Sequence record: NC_031043.1
DNA: 64,000 nt
Reading direction: 5' to 3' (one strand)
In this document: in pieces, positions 35,214 to 45,404 of the stretch
Layout of the letters: each line of letters begins with the position of its first letter
Numbering within the stretch: the first letter of the stretch is position 1
Position numbers and translations under genes: made by a program
Notes under the pieces: generated by a model
The model's input: the letters and a program-made list of their open reading frames with translations, nothing else
What the model was told of the DNA's origin: nothing
Database searches by the model: none

Positions 35214-36845
35214 GTGAGAAAGCTTAATTGGGTAGACTTTTATTTACTTAACGTAAACAAAGGCTTGGTATCGACCCTAAAACCGATAACCACCACCGAT
35301 ACCTTTGCAGGTATGACCAAGAACTTTCACCCTGAGGGATTGTATTCGACCGAAATATTCGGGCCTGTGGGAAAAGAAGAGCGTGATGCCACATTTGCAT
35401 ACATCGATGTTAAGCTGGAGATAATCTCTCCCACGGTTGCGCTGGCACTCTTCGGTCTAAAACAACTTTATGAAGAAATCTGTTCGGGTCGTCGTTATGC
35501 GACGTGGAACGAAAAAGAAAAGGACTTTGAGCCTGCCCTGCCAACTGATGCAGGCGCGGAAACAGGCTACACGTTTTTCATAAAGCACTACAACGAATTG
35601 AATCCGGCACGCAATACGTCCTTACGACGTGATGACACGCTGGACTTCTTTTTTAAATTTCGTCCTTTCTCTGTCAGTCGTTACGCACTGGTATTACCGG
35701 CCGGTTTACGTGACTTAATGATTCGTCAAGACGGACGTGACCAAGAAGAAGAGATTGCTCCCATCTACCGCCGGTTGATTACACTTGCCCGTGCGGTGCC
35801 TGAGCGTGCTCAAGCCTCGACCATTACCGACCCAGTACGTTGGAAACTGCAGCAGACCTTTAATGAAATCTGGGAATACTTCTTCAATCTGATGGACGGT
35901 AAACGCGGGTACGCTCGCTCTAAAGTTACCAGCCGTAAGATTGTGAACGGGACACGTAACGTTCTGTCTTCCGCTCAGGTGGGTTCCATTGAAATGGGCC
36001 GTCCTGACCAGATTCGTGCAACCGATACCCGACAGGGTTTGTTGCAGACCTTAAAGGCATTACTGCCAGTCGCACAGTACAACGTCCGCGAACGTTACTT
36101 ATCGAACATTCGTGCGGGTGATGGCAATCTGTACGGGGTCAACGTTAAAACGCTCAAGCGTGAGTTCTTGGAAGTGTCGGGTAAGGTTTACGACCAATAC
36201 GCCACCGATGATGGCGTAGAGAAGTTGATTAACCGTCTCGAAGACCGTGCCTCACGACACCAAAAACTTTACATCGACAAAGACCATTACGTGGCCCTGA
36301 TTTATCAGGACGATAACGTATTCAAAGTCTTTTATGATATCGACGAATTACCAGCAGGCTTTAAGCGCGAGAATGTGGACGGCATTACGCTCGTCGAATT
36401 ACTCTACTTGTCAGGGTACGACTTGTGGAACGATTACTTTACTTTCGTTACCCGTTATCCCGTTGCAGGACGTGGCTCGACCTACAGCTCGACCATAAGA
36501 TTGGAAACCACTACCCCTTCTACCATGAAGTACGAACTTGCCGATGATTGGGAAACACAGAAACCCAAACCGGCCATCTCTTTCCCAATTAGGGGGGTGG
36601 ATGCGTTCGTCGAATCCATGGCCGTACACCCCTCACGCTTAGGCGGGTTGGGCGGGGACTACGATGGTGACATGACGTCCAGTAACGCCGTAATGAGTGA
36701 GGAAGCTCTGGAAGAAAACCGCGCATGGGTTAACAGCCGTGAATACTGGTTTGATACCGGGGGTCGTTTCAAGATGAACCCGACGAATGATGTAATTGAC
36801 CGAACACTTGCAGCCTTATTGAAGCCCGCGGTCAAAAGGACCTAA
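35214..36845 (+). CDS. rpoC: Virion RNA polymerase beta' N-terminal/catalytic subunit (phiKZ gp180-like)
   Basis: GLYSTEIFG, GKRGYARSK, VTRYP and catalytic GGDYDGD. Start moved to GTG 35214 after GGAG. Confidence 0.92.
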   Translation: MRKLNWVDFYLLNVNKGLVSTLKPITTTDTFAGMTKNFHPEGLYSTEIFGPVGKEERDATFAYIDVKLEIISPTVALALFGLKQLYEEICSGRRYATWNEKEKDFEPALPTDAGAETGYTFFIKHYNELNPARNTSLRRDDTLDFFFKFRPFSVSRYALVLPAGLRDLMIRQDGRDQEEEIAPIYRRLITLARAVPERAQASTITDPVRWKLQQTFNEIWEYFFNLMDGKRGYARSKVTSRKIVNGTRNVLSSAQVGSIEMGRPDQIRATDTRQGLLQTLKALLPVAQYNVRERYLSNIRAGDGNLYGVNVKTLKREFLEVSGKVYDQYATDDGVEKLINRLEDRASRHQKLYIDKDHYVALIYQDDNVFKVFYDIDELPAGFKRENVDGITLVELLYLSGYDLWNDYFTFVTRYPVAGRGSTYSSTIRLETTTPSTMKYELADDWETQKPKPAISFPIRGVDAFVESMAVHPSRLGGLGGDYDGDMTSSNAVMSEEALEENRAWVNSREYWFDTGGRFKMNPTNDVIDRTLAALLKPAVKRT

Positions 36846-36847
36846 CC

Positions 36848-39800
36848 ATGTTGCTGATTAAACAGTTTAACCGTTTATTCTCGGTGCGTATGCTACAGGA
36901 ATACGGTGCGCCGCGAATTATCCCACTGGACAAACTGAAGATACCCCGTGGGTCAATCTACCACAGCTTTGACATGTCGGGGGAGATTGCTCCTCCGCAA
37001 ACGTTGCCGATTTTAGAATTAGAGAAACCGGCACAAATCCGTCACCATGCTAAGCTGGCCAGCGAAGGGCTGGTCGGCCGTCCAATCCCTGTGCCTGTAC
37101 AAGGTCAGGAACGTCAGATTCTGCAGTATCATCGTAACAACCGTCAGATGCGTCGCATGAAGTCCGAAGAGGTCATCATGAAAGACCTGCGTACGTTGCT
37201 CGTTGAGAACTACGCACCGATTCTGCCGCGTTACCGCTACGCTGACACCATCTTGGCATGGTACGACCGTCTGCGTAACCTGATGATTACTTTCCGTGAC
37301 CAGTTGGTGGCGGATGCAGATAAGTTCCCTCGTCAGAACTACGTTATCTTGGAAGTGGGTGATGTGATGCCTGCTTTCAACCGTTTCCGCAATACTTACG
37401 GCGACCGTGCGAATAAAGGTAAGATTGAGAAGTTCCAGTCTTGGTCTTTGCTGTGGTTGCTGGAATTGTTTGCGTGGGCAGACGGTGATCGTGATAACTC
37501 GTTGTTTGGTCAGATGGACATGACCCAGCTGTCACGTATCAATATCATCTTAACCCACAACCAAGCGTTTACCACCATTAACCTTGGCATGTTAGAACGT
37601 CTGCGTGACGGTGAGAATGGTAAACTGTCTGACGACCAAATGGCCCGTCGCCTGTACCGTACCGTTCAAGCGGTAATGACACAACCTCCGATTCAGAACA
37701 TCGATACAGAGTTTGTAACACCACACGGGGATGAAGTGCATCTGGAACGGCACGACCCAGTTGAGGATGTGACCCCAATTCAGGACTTGGATGACTCTGA
37801 GTTACAAGCCGAGATTGCCCGCTTCGATGAACTGGACTTTGATAAGGAAGAAGAAGTCAAGGCCAGCAAGCCGAAGGAAGATGTCAAGCCAACGACGATT
37901 GTTGTTGAGAAGGCCATCGACCACGGGGCAATTATTCAGCGTGAATTAGACAAGTTGGCGGAAGCCGGTCGTCTGTCTGCGAAAGCGTATCAGGTCTTGA
38001 AAGAAGCGCCTGATAAACTGAAAGCCATGCCTAACCCGTATAATCCGAAAGAGACTTACGGCGACGGTTTGGTGGTGACGCCGGAAGAGTTGGAAGTGCA
38101 GCCTGAAGTGTTGCTCAAAGACCTAACCCTGCCAGAAGAGTCATGGACGCAGAACAGTACCGATGTCATGGTACGTCGTTACAACCAGAAAATCCTGCCG
38201 AAGGATATCTTGGGGGCGGTTGCCTCTGCACAGCGTATGGGCTTGGTGATTCATGACCACCGAGTTGAGAAGACGCGTGCGGTAACCGGTAACGTCGAAC
38301 ACCATACCCTGCGTATCCAGCCAATTGGTGGTGAACCGACGACTGTTCACTTCACCATGCCGTCTCTGGACCGTGATGGTAACTGGCGTGCGAACGGCGT
38401 GGATTACACCATGCGCCGTCAGCGCATTGACGTTCCTATCCGTAAGGTTAACTTTAATACCGTGGCCCTGACTACCGCGTACGGCAAGAACTTTGTCAGT
38501 CGCAGTGAGAAAGTGGTTAACGATTATGGCCGTTGGTTGGCGAATGAGATTGTGGTGCGGGCGATTAACCCGAAAGACACGCACATCTCTGATGCCCGTA
38601 TGGCTGACGTATTCGACCCGTCAGTGGTCTTGCCGAAACAGTACACCATGGTATCGCGACGTATTGCGTCCTTTAACTCCATGGGGTATATGTGGAACTT
38701 CGATGTCAGTAAGACGGATGAGTTCTTCGGTAAAGATGTACTGGCTGCAATGGAGAAAAAGAAACTCACTCCAGTGGCGAAGGGCAAGGGTGGTCATCTG
38801 GCCATGGACTCCCATTCGCAGGTCTACAACATCAAAGGCGACAAAGTCGAAGCGTTGGGTACGCTCTCGGATATGTTGGGACTCGATGCCGCAAAAGCGC
38901 CACGCGAGTTAACCGAACTGTCCTTGATGGGCAAGTCTATCTCGCTTGGCTTTATCTTCTCCTACTACCTTGGCCTAACCGGAATGCTCAAGCACTTCGG
39001 GGTTCGCTATGAGGTGCTCCCGCCGGGACAGCGACTTGATAAATCGCAGTACGACATGATTATTCGTCTGGTAGATGCCAAGATTGTGGTCATGTGTGAT
39101 AACGACCAGCAGCGTATGGTCGTCAACGGCTTGGATAAATACCTCAAGCATATGGTTACCTACACCGAGTCGGAAATGGAACGTGAGGACGTTTACCTGA
39201 ACCTGCTCGTGGACAGCGATAAGCTGACCGCCCGTTACATCAAAGAACTGAATCAAATGCGTACCGGTTTTGTCGATGACATGCATGCGCGTATCTTGCG
39301 CCGTATGGGTGAACCGGAAACGTTCATTGGGTTACTGGAACGGTCGAATGAGATGTTAATCAACGACCACAGTAAACCAGAAATCAACGCCGACGAAATG
39401 ATGTTCGTGGGTAACCAACGACTGGCGTACCATCTGTACGGTGCCTTCGTTCGTGCTAACCGTAACTACAATAACGCGCCAGAATCTTCTCGCCGCTTTG
39501 AGCTGCCGGATGAACTGGTGTGGGGAGCAATCAACAGTGACCCATCTGTGTTGGTAACACAGGGGGCGAACCCAATCCAATCGATTAAAGAGAAAGACGT
39601 TGTGACCATGGGTGGTACCGGCGGCCGTGACCGTAAGACCATGGTGAAACACACCCGTGCCTTCACTGAGTCTGACCTGGGTGTGGTGTCCGGGGACACC
39701 GTCGATAACGGCGACGTAGGGATAACCTCCTTCTTGTCAGCGAACCCACAGTTCGCTACGGTGGATGGTATAACGAAGCAACGAGATTTGCAGGGGCAAC

Positions 39801-41005
39801 CCATCGGGAGTCTGATGTCGTTTTGTGTCGGGTTGGCGCCTGACTCACTCATCGACGACGATAAACGATGGAACTTCGTCAACATTCAAATGGGTTCTGC
39901 GCAGTCAGCAGAAGGACACGCGGTTACACCTTACCAAACTGGCGTAGGTAAGTTAGTGGCACACCGCACGTCCACCAAGCATGCACGTGTTATCGACCAA
40001 GAAGCGACTGTGTTAGACGTAACAGAGGACAGCATCAAGGTTCGCTATGCAGACAAGACTGAAGAGACGTTCCCGCTAGGACGCTGGTATGGGGCGCACG
40101 AAGGTCAGCTGTATCCACACGACATGCAAACCCGTTGGAAGAAAGGCGATAAGCTTCCGGCTAAATCCGTAGTGACGTATAACAGCAAACACTTTGCAGT
40201 GGACTACTATAACCCGACGCAAGTCAACTGGAAGAACGGCGCTTTGGCGACCGTCGTTCTGATAGAGGGTGAAGAGACGTTCGAAGACTCCAACGCAATT
40301 GATGATACGATTGCGAAGGCGTTAATTGCAGAGACCACCAAACCAAAAGAAGTGGTGATTAACTTTAACCAAAACATTCTGGAGGTCATTAAAGAAGGCA
40401 GTGAGGTGGATATCGAAACCATCCTATGCACCTTTAGCGACAACCTGTCCGGCGATATGGAGAACTTCTCTAAGGAAGCGGCTGATACGCTGCATGACTT
40501 AAGTTCCTTCGCACCCCGTGCCGGTGTTCGTGGACGGGTCGATAAAATTGAAGTGGTCTTCCATGGTGAAATCGAGGAGATGTCTCCGTCGGTTGCCGAA
40601 CTGGTGAAGAAACTGGAGCGAGTACGTAAACGTGAAGCGACAGCCTCTAACGAGGACTTGTCACCGACTGGCGAGGTGGATGGCGACTACCGCGTGGAAG
40701 GGGTTCCGTTAGCGTATAAATCTATCTGTGTGAAATTCTACATCTCTCACTTTACAGAGATGGGCGCAGGGGATAAAGCCGTTATCGCAAACCAGTTGAA
40801 GACCACGACTCAGTATCGCATGGTTGGAGTGAATGAAACGTTCTCTGGTACACCCATTAACGTATACTTCGGTCGTAACTCGGTCGAAGCACGTATCGTA
40901 GGTTCTCTTTACAACATCGGCACTTCAAACTTTATTGCAATTGCTGCAGGGAAGAATGTGCTGAAGATTCTCGACGGTGAAACCATTCCGTTGCTGAGAA
41001 TGTAA
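36848..41005 (+). CDS. rpoB: Virion RNA polymerase beta (N/main) subunit (phiKZ gp178-like)
   Basis: ANGVDYTMRRQR, TMGGTGGR, DTVDNGDVG, NIQMGSAQ, TFEDSN, GAGDKAVIANQLK. Adjacent to the beta' gene. Confidence 0.9.
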   Translation: MLLIKQFNRLFSVRMLQEYGAPRIIPLDKLKIPRGSIYHSFDMSGEIAPPQTLPILELEKPAQIRHHAKLASEGLVGRPIPVPVQGQERQILQYHRNNRQMRRMKSEEVIMKDLRTLLVENYAPILPRYRYADTILAWYDRLRNLMITFRDQLVADADKFPRQNYVILEVGDVMPAFNRFRNTYGDRANKGKIEKFQSWSLLWLLELFAWADGDRDNSLFGQMDMTQLSRINIILTHNQAFTTINLGMLERLRDGENGKLSDDQMARRLYRTVQAVMTQPPIQNIDTEFVTPHGDEVHLERHDPVEDVTPIQDLDDSELQAEIARFDELDFDKEEEVKASKPKEDVKPTTIVVEKAIDHGAIIQRELDKLAEAGRLSAKAYQVLKEAPDKLKAMPNPYNPKETYGDGLVVTPEELEVQPEVLLKDLTLPEESWTQNSTDVMVRRYNQKILPKDILGAVASAQRMGLVIHDHRVEKTRAVTGNVEHHTLRIQPIGGEPTTVHFTMPSLDRDGNWRANGVDYTMRRQRIDVPIRKVNFNTVALTTAYGKNFVSRSEKVVNDYGRWLANEIVVRAINPKDTHISDARMADVFDPSVVLPKQYTMVSRRIASFNSMGYMWNFDVSKTDEFFGKDVLAAMEKKKLTPVAKGKGGHLAMDSHSQVYNIKGDKVEALGTLSDMLGLDAAKAPRELTELSLMGKSISLGFIFSYYLGLTGMLKHFGVRYEVLPPGQRLDKSQYDMIIRLVDAKIVVMCDNDQQRMVVNGLDKYLKHMVTYTESEMEREDVYLNLLVDSDKLTARYIKELNQMRTGFVDDMHARILRRMGEPETFIGLLERSNEMLINDHSKPEINADEMMFVGNQRLAYHLYGAFVRANRNYNNAPESSRRFELPDELVWGAINSDPSVLVTQGANPIQSIKEKDVVTMGGTGGRDRKTMVKHTRAFTESDLGVVSGDTVDNGDVGITSFLSANPQFATVDGITKQRDLQGQPIGSLMSFCVGLAPDSLIDDDKRWNFVNIQMGSAQSAEGHAVTPYQTGVGKLVAHRTSTKHARVIDQEATVLDVTEDSIKVRYADKTEETFPLGRWYGAHEGQLYPHDMQTRWKKGDKLPAKSVVTYNSKHFAVDYYNPTQVNWKNGALATVVLIEGEETFEDSNAIDDTIAKALIAETTKPKEVVINFNQNILEVIKEGSEVDIETILCTFSDNLSGDMENFSKEAADTLHDLSSFAPRAGVRGRVDKIEVVFHGEIEEMSPSVAELVKKLERVRKREATASNEDLSPTGEVDGDYRVEGVPLAYKSICVKFYISHFTEMGAGDKAVIANQLKTTTQYRMVGVNETFSGTPINVYFGRNSVEARIVGSLYNIGTSNFIAIAAGKNVLKILDGETIPLLRM

Positions 41006-41009
41006 TCCT

Positions 41010-41032
41010 CCCACCGGGTCGCTCCCGGTGGG
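41010..41032 (+). other. Intergenic hairpin without U-tract
   Basis: CCCACCGGG-tcgct-CCCGGTGGG. Confidence 0.55.
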
Positions 41033-41055
41033 TTATCCAACTTCCGGAGTTAATA

Positions 41056-41340
41056 ATGGACATTATTGAACAGATTAAAATGCGTTCGGGGCAGTCTGCG
41101 CGACAGCCTCAGCAGAACACCGAAACTGCGAGCTACTCACCTGTCCTGCGTCTGAACTATCTGACCATGGCAAACGCAGTGGAGTTGACCACGGAAATCG
41201 TGGCCTCGGTTATCAAAGGCAAGAATGGCGTAAGCGGCGAAGTTGACGGTGCGCGTCTTTTGAAACGTGATATCGCTGACATGGTTGGTGCGCGTTTAGC
41301 GACGCGTCTGGCTGAAGCAGCTGAAACCAAAGGGGAATAG
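41056..41340 (+). CDS. Small hypothetical (probable head-associated) protein
   Basis: GGAG RBS. Lies within the RNAP-protease operon. Confidence 0.7.
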   Translation: MDIIEQIKMRSGQSARQPQQNTETASYSPVLRLNYLTMANAVELTTEIVASVIKGKNGVSGEVDGARLLKRDIADMVGARLATRLAEAAETKGE

Positions 41341-41345
41341 TAAGA

Positions 41346-42788
41346 ATGATTAACGTCTACTCTTTTAATGCGGTCACTCAGGCAATGGAAATTACCAAAG
41401 CCAAGCGTCTGAAAGTTGTGACCTGTAATGACAGCCCTGTTGACCTGTTGAACCGTGCTGCCTCTGGCCCGTCTGTTCTTAATGCCGCGATTACAGATGA
41501 TGAGTTCTACCATCGTCTGCCGGAAGAGCTGAAGATTGGTGCTATCCTGGGTGAAGCGAAAGAAGTGGCCTTCGTTAAAGACGGTGCTGCAACTTCGCTG
41601 GTCCCGTTGAGCGAACATGAAATGACGTTGAGCGAACTGGTGAAACTGGCAACAAGCCGTATCGCTGGTCTGCTTGACTTCTCTCGTAACGTAGCACAGC
41701 CGTTTGTGCGTACTGTGATTGAGCAGTTGAATGACCCTGCTCGTGAAGAAGTCACTGAAGAGTGGGCACTGGTGCCAGTTGCACTTGACCCGCTGTTTGA
41801 TGCCCCAGTCGTGCAAGGCCTGCTGCGTACTGTGGCCGACCCGTCTCGTCTCTCGTACGAGTACGAACGTCTGGAAGGAATGAACGTTCCTGAAGACCTG
41901 CCTGTGCCAGTAACCGGTTCTAAAGCTTTCGATGATGTACTGGCAACCCTGCTGAACGATTTGCAGACGACCCCAGCACAGTTGATGCGTTCTGCGGTTG
42001 AAGGTACTGGTGTGAACCCGTATCGTCCTGAAGCATTCCGTACCGTCAAAGAGCACGTAGCGACCCTGCTGCTGTCCGCGTTCTATGCAGAGAACCCATG
42101 GGGTGACTCGGGCATCAGTTCTACGAAGTGGGACTTGTACCTGCAGCGTATGAACGGTGGTCAGATTGCCTGGCTGATGAGCTACCTGACGCAGCTGAAT
42201 ACCCGTATTCAAGCTGGCAACACTGTGCTGTCTATTGACGGTAACAGCATGAGCGCCTTCGTCTGTCAAGAAGTCTTCTCTACTTACGTGGAGAAAGGCG
42301 GCTGTGCAGAAGCATTGCTGGGTGCTATCTACCTGCAAGAAGCGCAGGATGGTGGTGAAGTCTCTACCAACATCGAATACCTGCTGACCAACCAAGACAC
42401 ACTGGTCGGTGCATGGTCACGTCGCAGCGCCGTGCAGAAAGCAGCTCTGGATACCGACTGGGTGAATACCCACCGTGTGAATCTGAAGAACTCTTTCTAT
42501 CAGCAAATCAACACAATTGATGCCGCCCTGCTGGGACGTCCTCAAGAAGAAGCGCGTAAGATGGCTGCAGAAGCTATTGACAAGTGCTTCGGTCGTCAGG
42601 TCGAAGACATCACTGCCTTCGTCATTGACATCGCTTCGAAAGAAGTGTTTAACGATGCTACCGTGGGTCGTATCCTGATGGCTATCCATCGTGGTATGAA
42701 AGACGGTGTTGAGCCTGAAGTGGCTGCCCGTGATGAACTGGTCGAGTATGTACTTGACTGGGTACTGGGTAGCCTTATCGTAGAATAA
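41346..42788 (+). CDS. Probable virion head protein
   Basis: 480 aa with strongly optimised codons, between the RNAP and protease genes. Confidence 0.6.
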   Translation: MINVYSFNAVTQAMEITKAKRLKVVTCNDSPVDLLNRAASGPSVLNAAITDDEFYHRLPEELKIGAILGEAKEVAFVKDGAATSLVPLSEHEMTLSELVKLATSRIAGLLDFSRNVAQPFVRTVIEQLNDPAREEVTEEWALVPVALDPLFDAPVVQGLLRTVADPSRLSYEYERLEGMNVPEDLPVPVTGSKAFDDVLATLLNDLQTTPAQLMRSAVEGTGVNPYRPEAFRTVKEHVATLLLSAFYAENPWGDSGISSTKWDLYLQRMNGGQIAWLMSYLTQLNTRIQAGNTVLSIDGNSMSAFVCQEVFSTYVEKGGCAEALLGAIYLQEAQDGGEVSTNIEYLLTNQDTLVGAWSRRSAVQKAALDTDWVNTHRVNLKNSFYQQINTIDAALLGRPQEEARKMAAEAIDKCFGRQVEDITAFVIDIASKEVFNDATVGRILMAIHRGMKDGVEPEVAARDELVEYVLDWVLGSLIVE

Positions 42789-42798
42789 GGAAGAGTGA

Positions 42799-43521
42799 AT
42801 GAACGCCATTGAAACTGCACTGCGTGACCCGAAAAAGGTCCATGCTGATTTAGTCGACCAGGATACCATGACTATCACCAAAGGTGGTTGTTACATGTAT
42901 GTCCCTGTGGGTTTCTGCTCGAAGGAGATGGCGTTCATCTCTTCTGAAGTTCTCATCATGGGGATGTTTGCCATCTCCACGGACCGCAAGACGTACGGCG
43001 TATCGAACGTTACCACGTTGATTGAAGTTACCCCCACCACGTTTGAAGAGGTGGAGATATTTGGGGAGCCGTACTACGAGTTTCGATTTGACCCGGGCAC
43101 TGTGGTGTTCCCGAACCGGATGCTTTCCTGCTTACCCGGCCACGTGTACAACATTGTCTCGTATCTGTACGACTACGGGAATGTGCCTTTTTGGATGAAT
43201 GCTGTCGACCACGCAGAATTACTTGCAGATGTTCAGAAGTGGAATACCTTCCGAGTATTTAATGACCAAATTGACCGTGATGTCTATGCGGCCCACATCC
43301 AACGTAATCCTAAGAACGTTCGTGAGTTTTTCCGCGCCAGTCTGAAAAAGGATAGCGACTTATATAACCCGGTACAATTCATTCCTCTACGTGACGGTTC
43401 TTTGAACAAAACGTCTCGGCTTGCCAAGATTACGGATACCGAACTGCGTCGCGGTATTCGTTCGGCGTTAACCAACGACCCAGTGCGGGCTGAGCCGCTC
43501 GAAGACATCTTTATGAGATAA
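42799..43521 (+). CDS. Virion RNA polymerase beta' C-terminal subunit (phiKZ gp176 / SPN3US gp244-like)
   Basis: PLRDGSLNKTSRLAKITDTELRRGIRSAL...EPLE resembles RpoC [29 protein letters not shown]...GLKE. Position just before the protease. Confidence 0.75.
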   Translation: MNAIETALRDPKKVHADLVDQDTMTITKGGCYMYVPVGFCSKEMAFISSEVLIMGMFAISTDRKTYGVSNVTTLIEVTPTTFEEVEIFGEPYYEFRFDPGTVVFPNRMLSCLPGHVYNIVSYLYDYGNVPFWMNAVDHAELLADVQKWNTFRVFNDQIDRDVYAAHIQRNPKNVREFFRASLKKDSDLYNPVQFIPLRDGSLNKTSRLAKITDTELRRGIRSALTNDPVRAEPLEDIFMR

Positions 43522-43537
43522 TATTTGGAGGATTGCA

Positions 43538-44344
43538 ATGGAAAACATGACGTTGCGTTATAACTGCGTCGCGCTCGCAGGGGTTAACCAACCCGCAGAG
43601 ATTCAGAAAGACGGCCGTGGCTATCGCCGCATGCTGTTAGGCGCATTGAACGTGTTCAACTCAGAGAACATTTTCTACGCTTACAATGAATCAAAGCATG
43701 TCTTCGAACGTTCTAACATTTTCATGCGCAAAGTGGCGGCCGGTAACCTGTACGGTGAACGCGACCACCCGGCGTGGGAAAAGAACATGACTGAGGCGGA
43801 GTTTATAGACCGCAACGAGTGGATTGAGATTACCAACACCGCATTCCATGTGCGTGATGTGGAAGTCATCGTCACCAGCGAAGTCTGTAACGGGTTACCT
43901 GTGGTTGAAATCTGGGGTTGGATTAAACCAGAAGACAACGAACTCGGCCGTCAGTTAGAAGCTGCTTTGAATAACCCTGACCAGAACGTCTGCTTCTCGC
44001 TCCGTGCGATTGTGCGACAAGGTGTTGTGGGTGGTGTACGTCAGCGTCGTATTGATAAACTGGTCACCTTCGACTGGGTTATTGAAGACGGCCTGCGTAT
44101 CTGTAACAAATATTCCGCCATGGTTCGTGGTTCTAAGGTGGCTCAAGAATCAACCCGCACTTACCTTGACCGTCCGGTCTCGCGTGAAGCCTGCGAAGAG
44201 ATTATCCGCTCTGGCGCTCGCCAGTTGTCGGTGGCTACCGAATCACGTCGTCGTCAAGTGGTTGACTCAGCTCGTGACATGCTCACGAAGATTGACAGTC
44301 GTCCACAGATGACCCGTGCTGGTTTGGGAGCGAGGGCTTGGTAA
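43538..44344 (+). CDS. Prohead serine protease (phiKZ gp175 / SPN3US gp245-like)
   Basis: His motif YGERDHP, Ser motif CFSLRA, Asp motif TFDWV. C-terminal AQE-204 and ATE-235 self-cleavage-type sites. Confidence 0.88.
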   Translation: MENMTLRYNCVALAGVNQPAEIQKDGRGYRRMLLGALNVFNSENIFYAYNESKHVFERSNIFMRKVAAGNLYGERDHPAWEKNMTEAEFIDRNEWIEITNTAFHVRDVEVIVTSEVCNGLPVVEIWGWIKPEDNELGRQLEAALNNPDQNVCFSLRAIVRQGVVGGVRQRRIDKLVTFDWVIEDGLRICNKYSAMVRGSKVAQESTRTYLDRPVSREACEEIIRSGARQLSVATESRRRQVVDSARDMLTKIDSRPQMTRAGLGARAW

Positions 44345-44959
44345 ATGGTAGCGCTAGGTTCGTTAGAAACATGGCGTAATAGTCAGAATCCCAAGCTGTT
44401 TACTCGTTTGCGCCCTCGTGGGATTGAGAGCGCGCCATTGCACGTAAGTGCAAATCCTATTCGTAAGTTTATTCCCCGTATTCCGTTATCCTGTGCACCG
44501 GGCGAAGACCAGACTGTGGCTCGCGTCTGCTGTGCTATTTCTTTGGAAAACTGTTTCAAGGGTGCAGCCTGGAATTTCAAGGAGAATACCCCCACGAAAT
44601 TTCACGTGTACGGTTTTGATGAGCGTGCGGTCATTGACCCGACTACCACGTTAACTCAAGAACCGTCTCGGAACGGCGAGGTTTGGATCGTGCCTCATCG
44701 TTTGTCGAACTGGGATTTAACACCAGAGAGTGTGGGACAGATGCGTCTGGTTTCGCACACAGAAGATAAGCTTCGTTATACGTACGTTTTACAAAACTAC
44801 ACGGATGTGGTTTTAAATGACGGGACAACGCTGGAGGCCGGTTGGTGGGAAATTGAAATACGTGTGAACACACGTAATGAACTTTCTTTACAGCTGCTGG
44901 GTGAATCCAACAGCAATACTTTTGGTAACGCGGCAAATGTGTATTCGGTTATTAGCTAG
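44345..44959 (+). CDS. Probable virion head protein
   Basis: Immediately follows the protease. N-terminal GSLE. Confidence 0.55.
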   Translation: MVALGSLETWRNSQNPKLFTRLRPRGIESAPLHVSANPIRKFIPRIPLSCAPGEDQTVARVCCAISLENCFKGAAWNFKENTPTKFHVYGFDERAVIDPTTTLTQEPSRNGEVWIVPHRLSNWDLTPESVGQMRLVSHTEDKLRYTYVLQNYTDVVLNDGTTLEAGWWEIEIRVNTRNELSLQLLGESNSNTFGNAANVYSVIS

Positions 44960-45012
44960 ATTCGTCTGGAGAGGTATTCGCGGTCTGCACCCCTTGAGTA
45001 CAGGAGACCTCC

Positions 45013-45309
45013 ATGAAAACAGTAAACATCGAGATTCCTCCAACGCTGCGTTCACTCACGACCTTTGAACTGGAAAAGCTCGTCATTTACACTGTAAATG
45101 GCCGCGCCGGGAAAACTGTGCTGAGTGAAATTTTGGGTGACCGTTTCGATACGAAACGTAAAGTCAACTCAGCGGTTAATCGCCTGACACAAGACGAACT
45201 GATGCAGTTCTATTGTGACGTTCAGGCCGCCTCGGCGAAGATTGATTTCTCCCAAGGCTATTTGTTGTTGACCGAGCCGCACCGGAGTTTCTTTGCTATC
45301 AAGCAATAA
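45013..45309 (+). CDS. Hypothetical protein
   Basis: AGGAG RBS. Confidence 0.75.
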   Translation: MKTVNIEIPPTLRSLTTFELEKLVIYTVNGRAGKTVLSEILGDRFDTKRKVNSAVNRLTQDELMQFYCDVQAASAKIDFSQGYLLLTEPHRSFFAIKQ

Positions 45310-45314
45310 GTGAG

Positions 45315-45349
45315 TACCCTCCTTCGGGAGGGTATTTATTTTATTTTTT
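45315..45349 (+). terminator. Intrinsic terminator (UUCG loop)
   Basis: TACCCTCC-TTCG-GGAGGGTA followed by a T-run. Confidence 0.85.
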
Positions 45350-45371
45350 CACATTCATTATCTTAGGTATG
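45346..45371 (+). promoter_or_regulatory. Class-B promoter motif TTTTCACAT-N13-TATG
   Basis: Fixed-spacing motif. Confidence 0.6.
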
Positions 45372-45404
45372 TAGACTACACCCGATTAAAGGATTGATGT
45401 TAAA

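Noticed and set aside
35214-41005. Introns or inteins in RNAP, terminase or uvsX genes (common in jumbo phages)
   Set aside because: Reading frames are continuous, lengths fit the expected subunits, and I saw no HINT, LAGLIDADG or HNH motifs.
41157-42395. 412-aa minus-strand ORF
   Set aside because: It is the antisense shadow of the strongly codon-biased 41346-42788 gene, with no RBS or promoter support and no recognisable motif.
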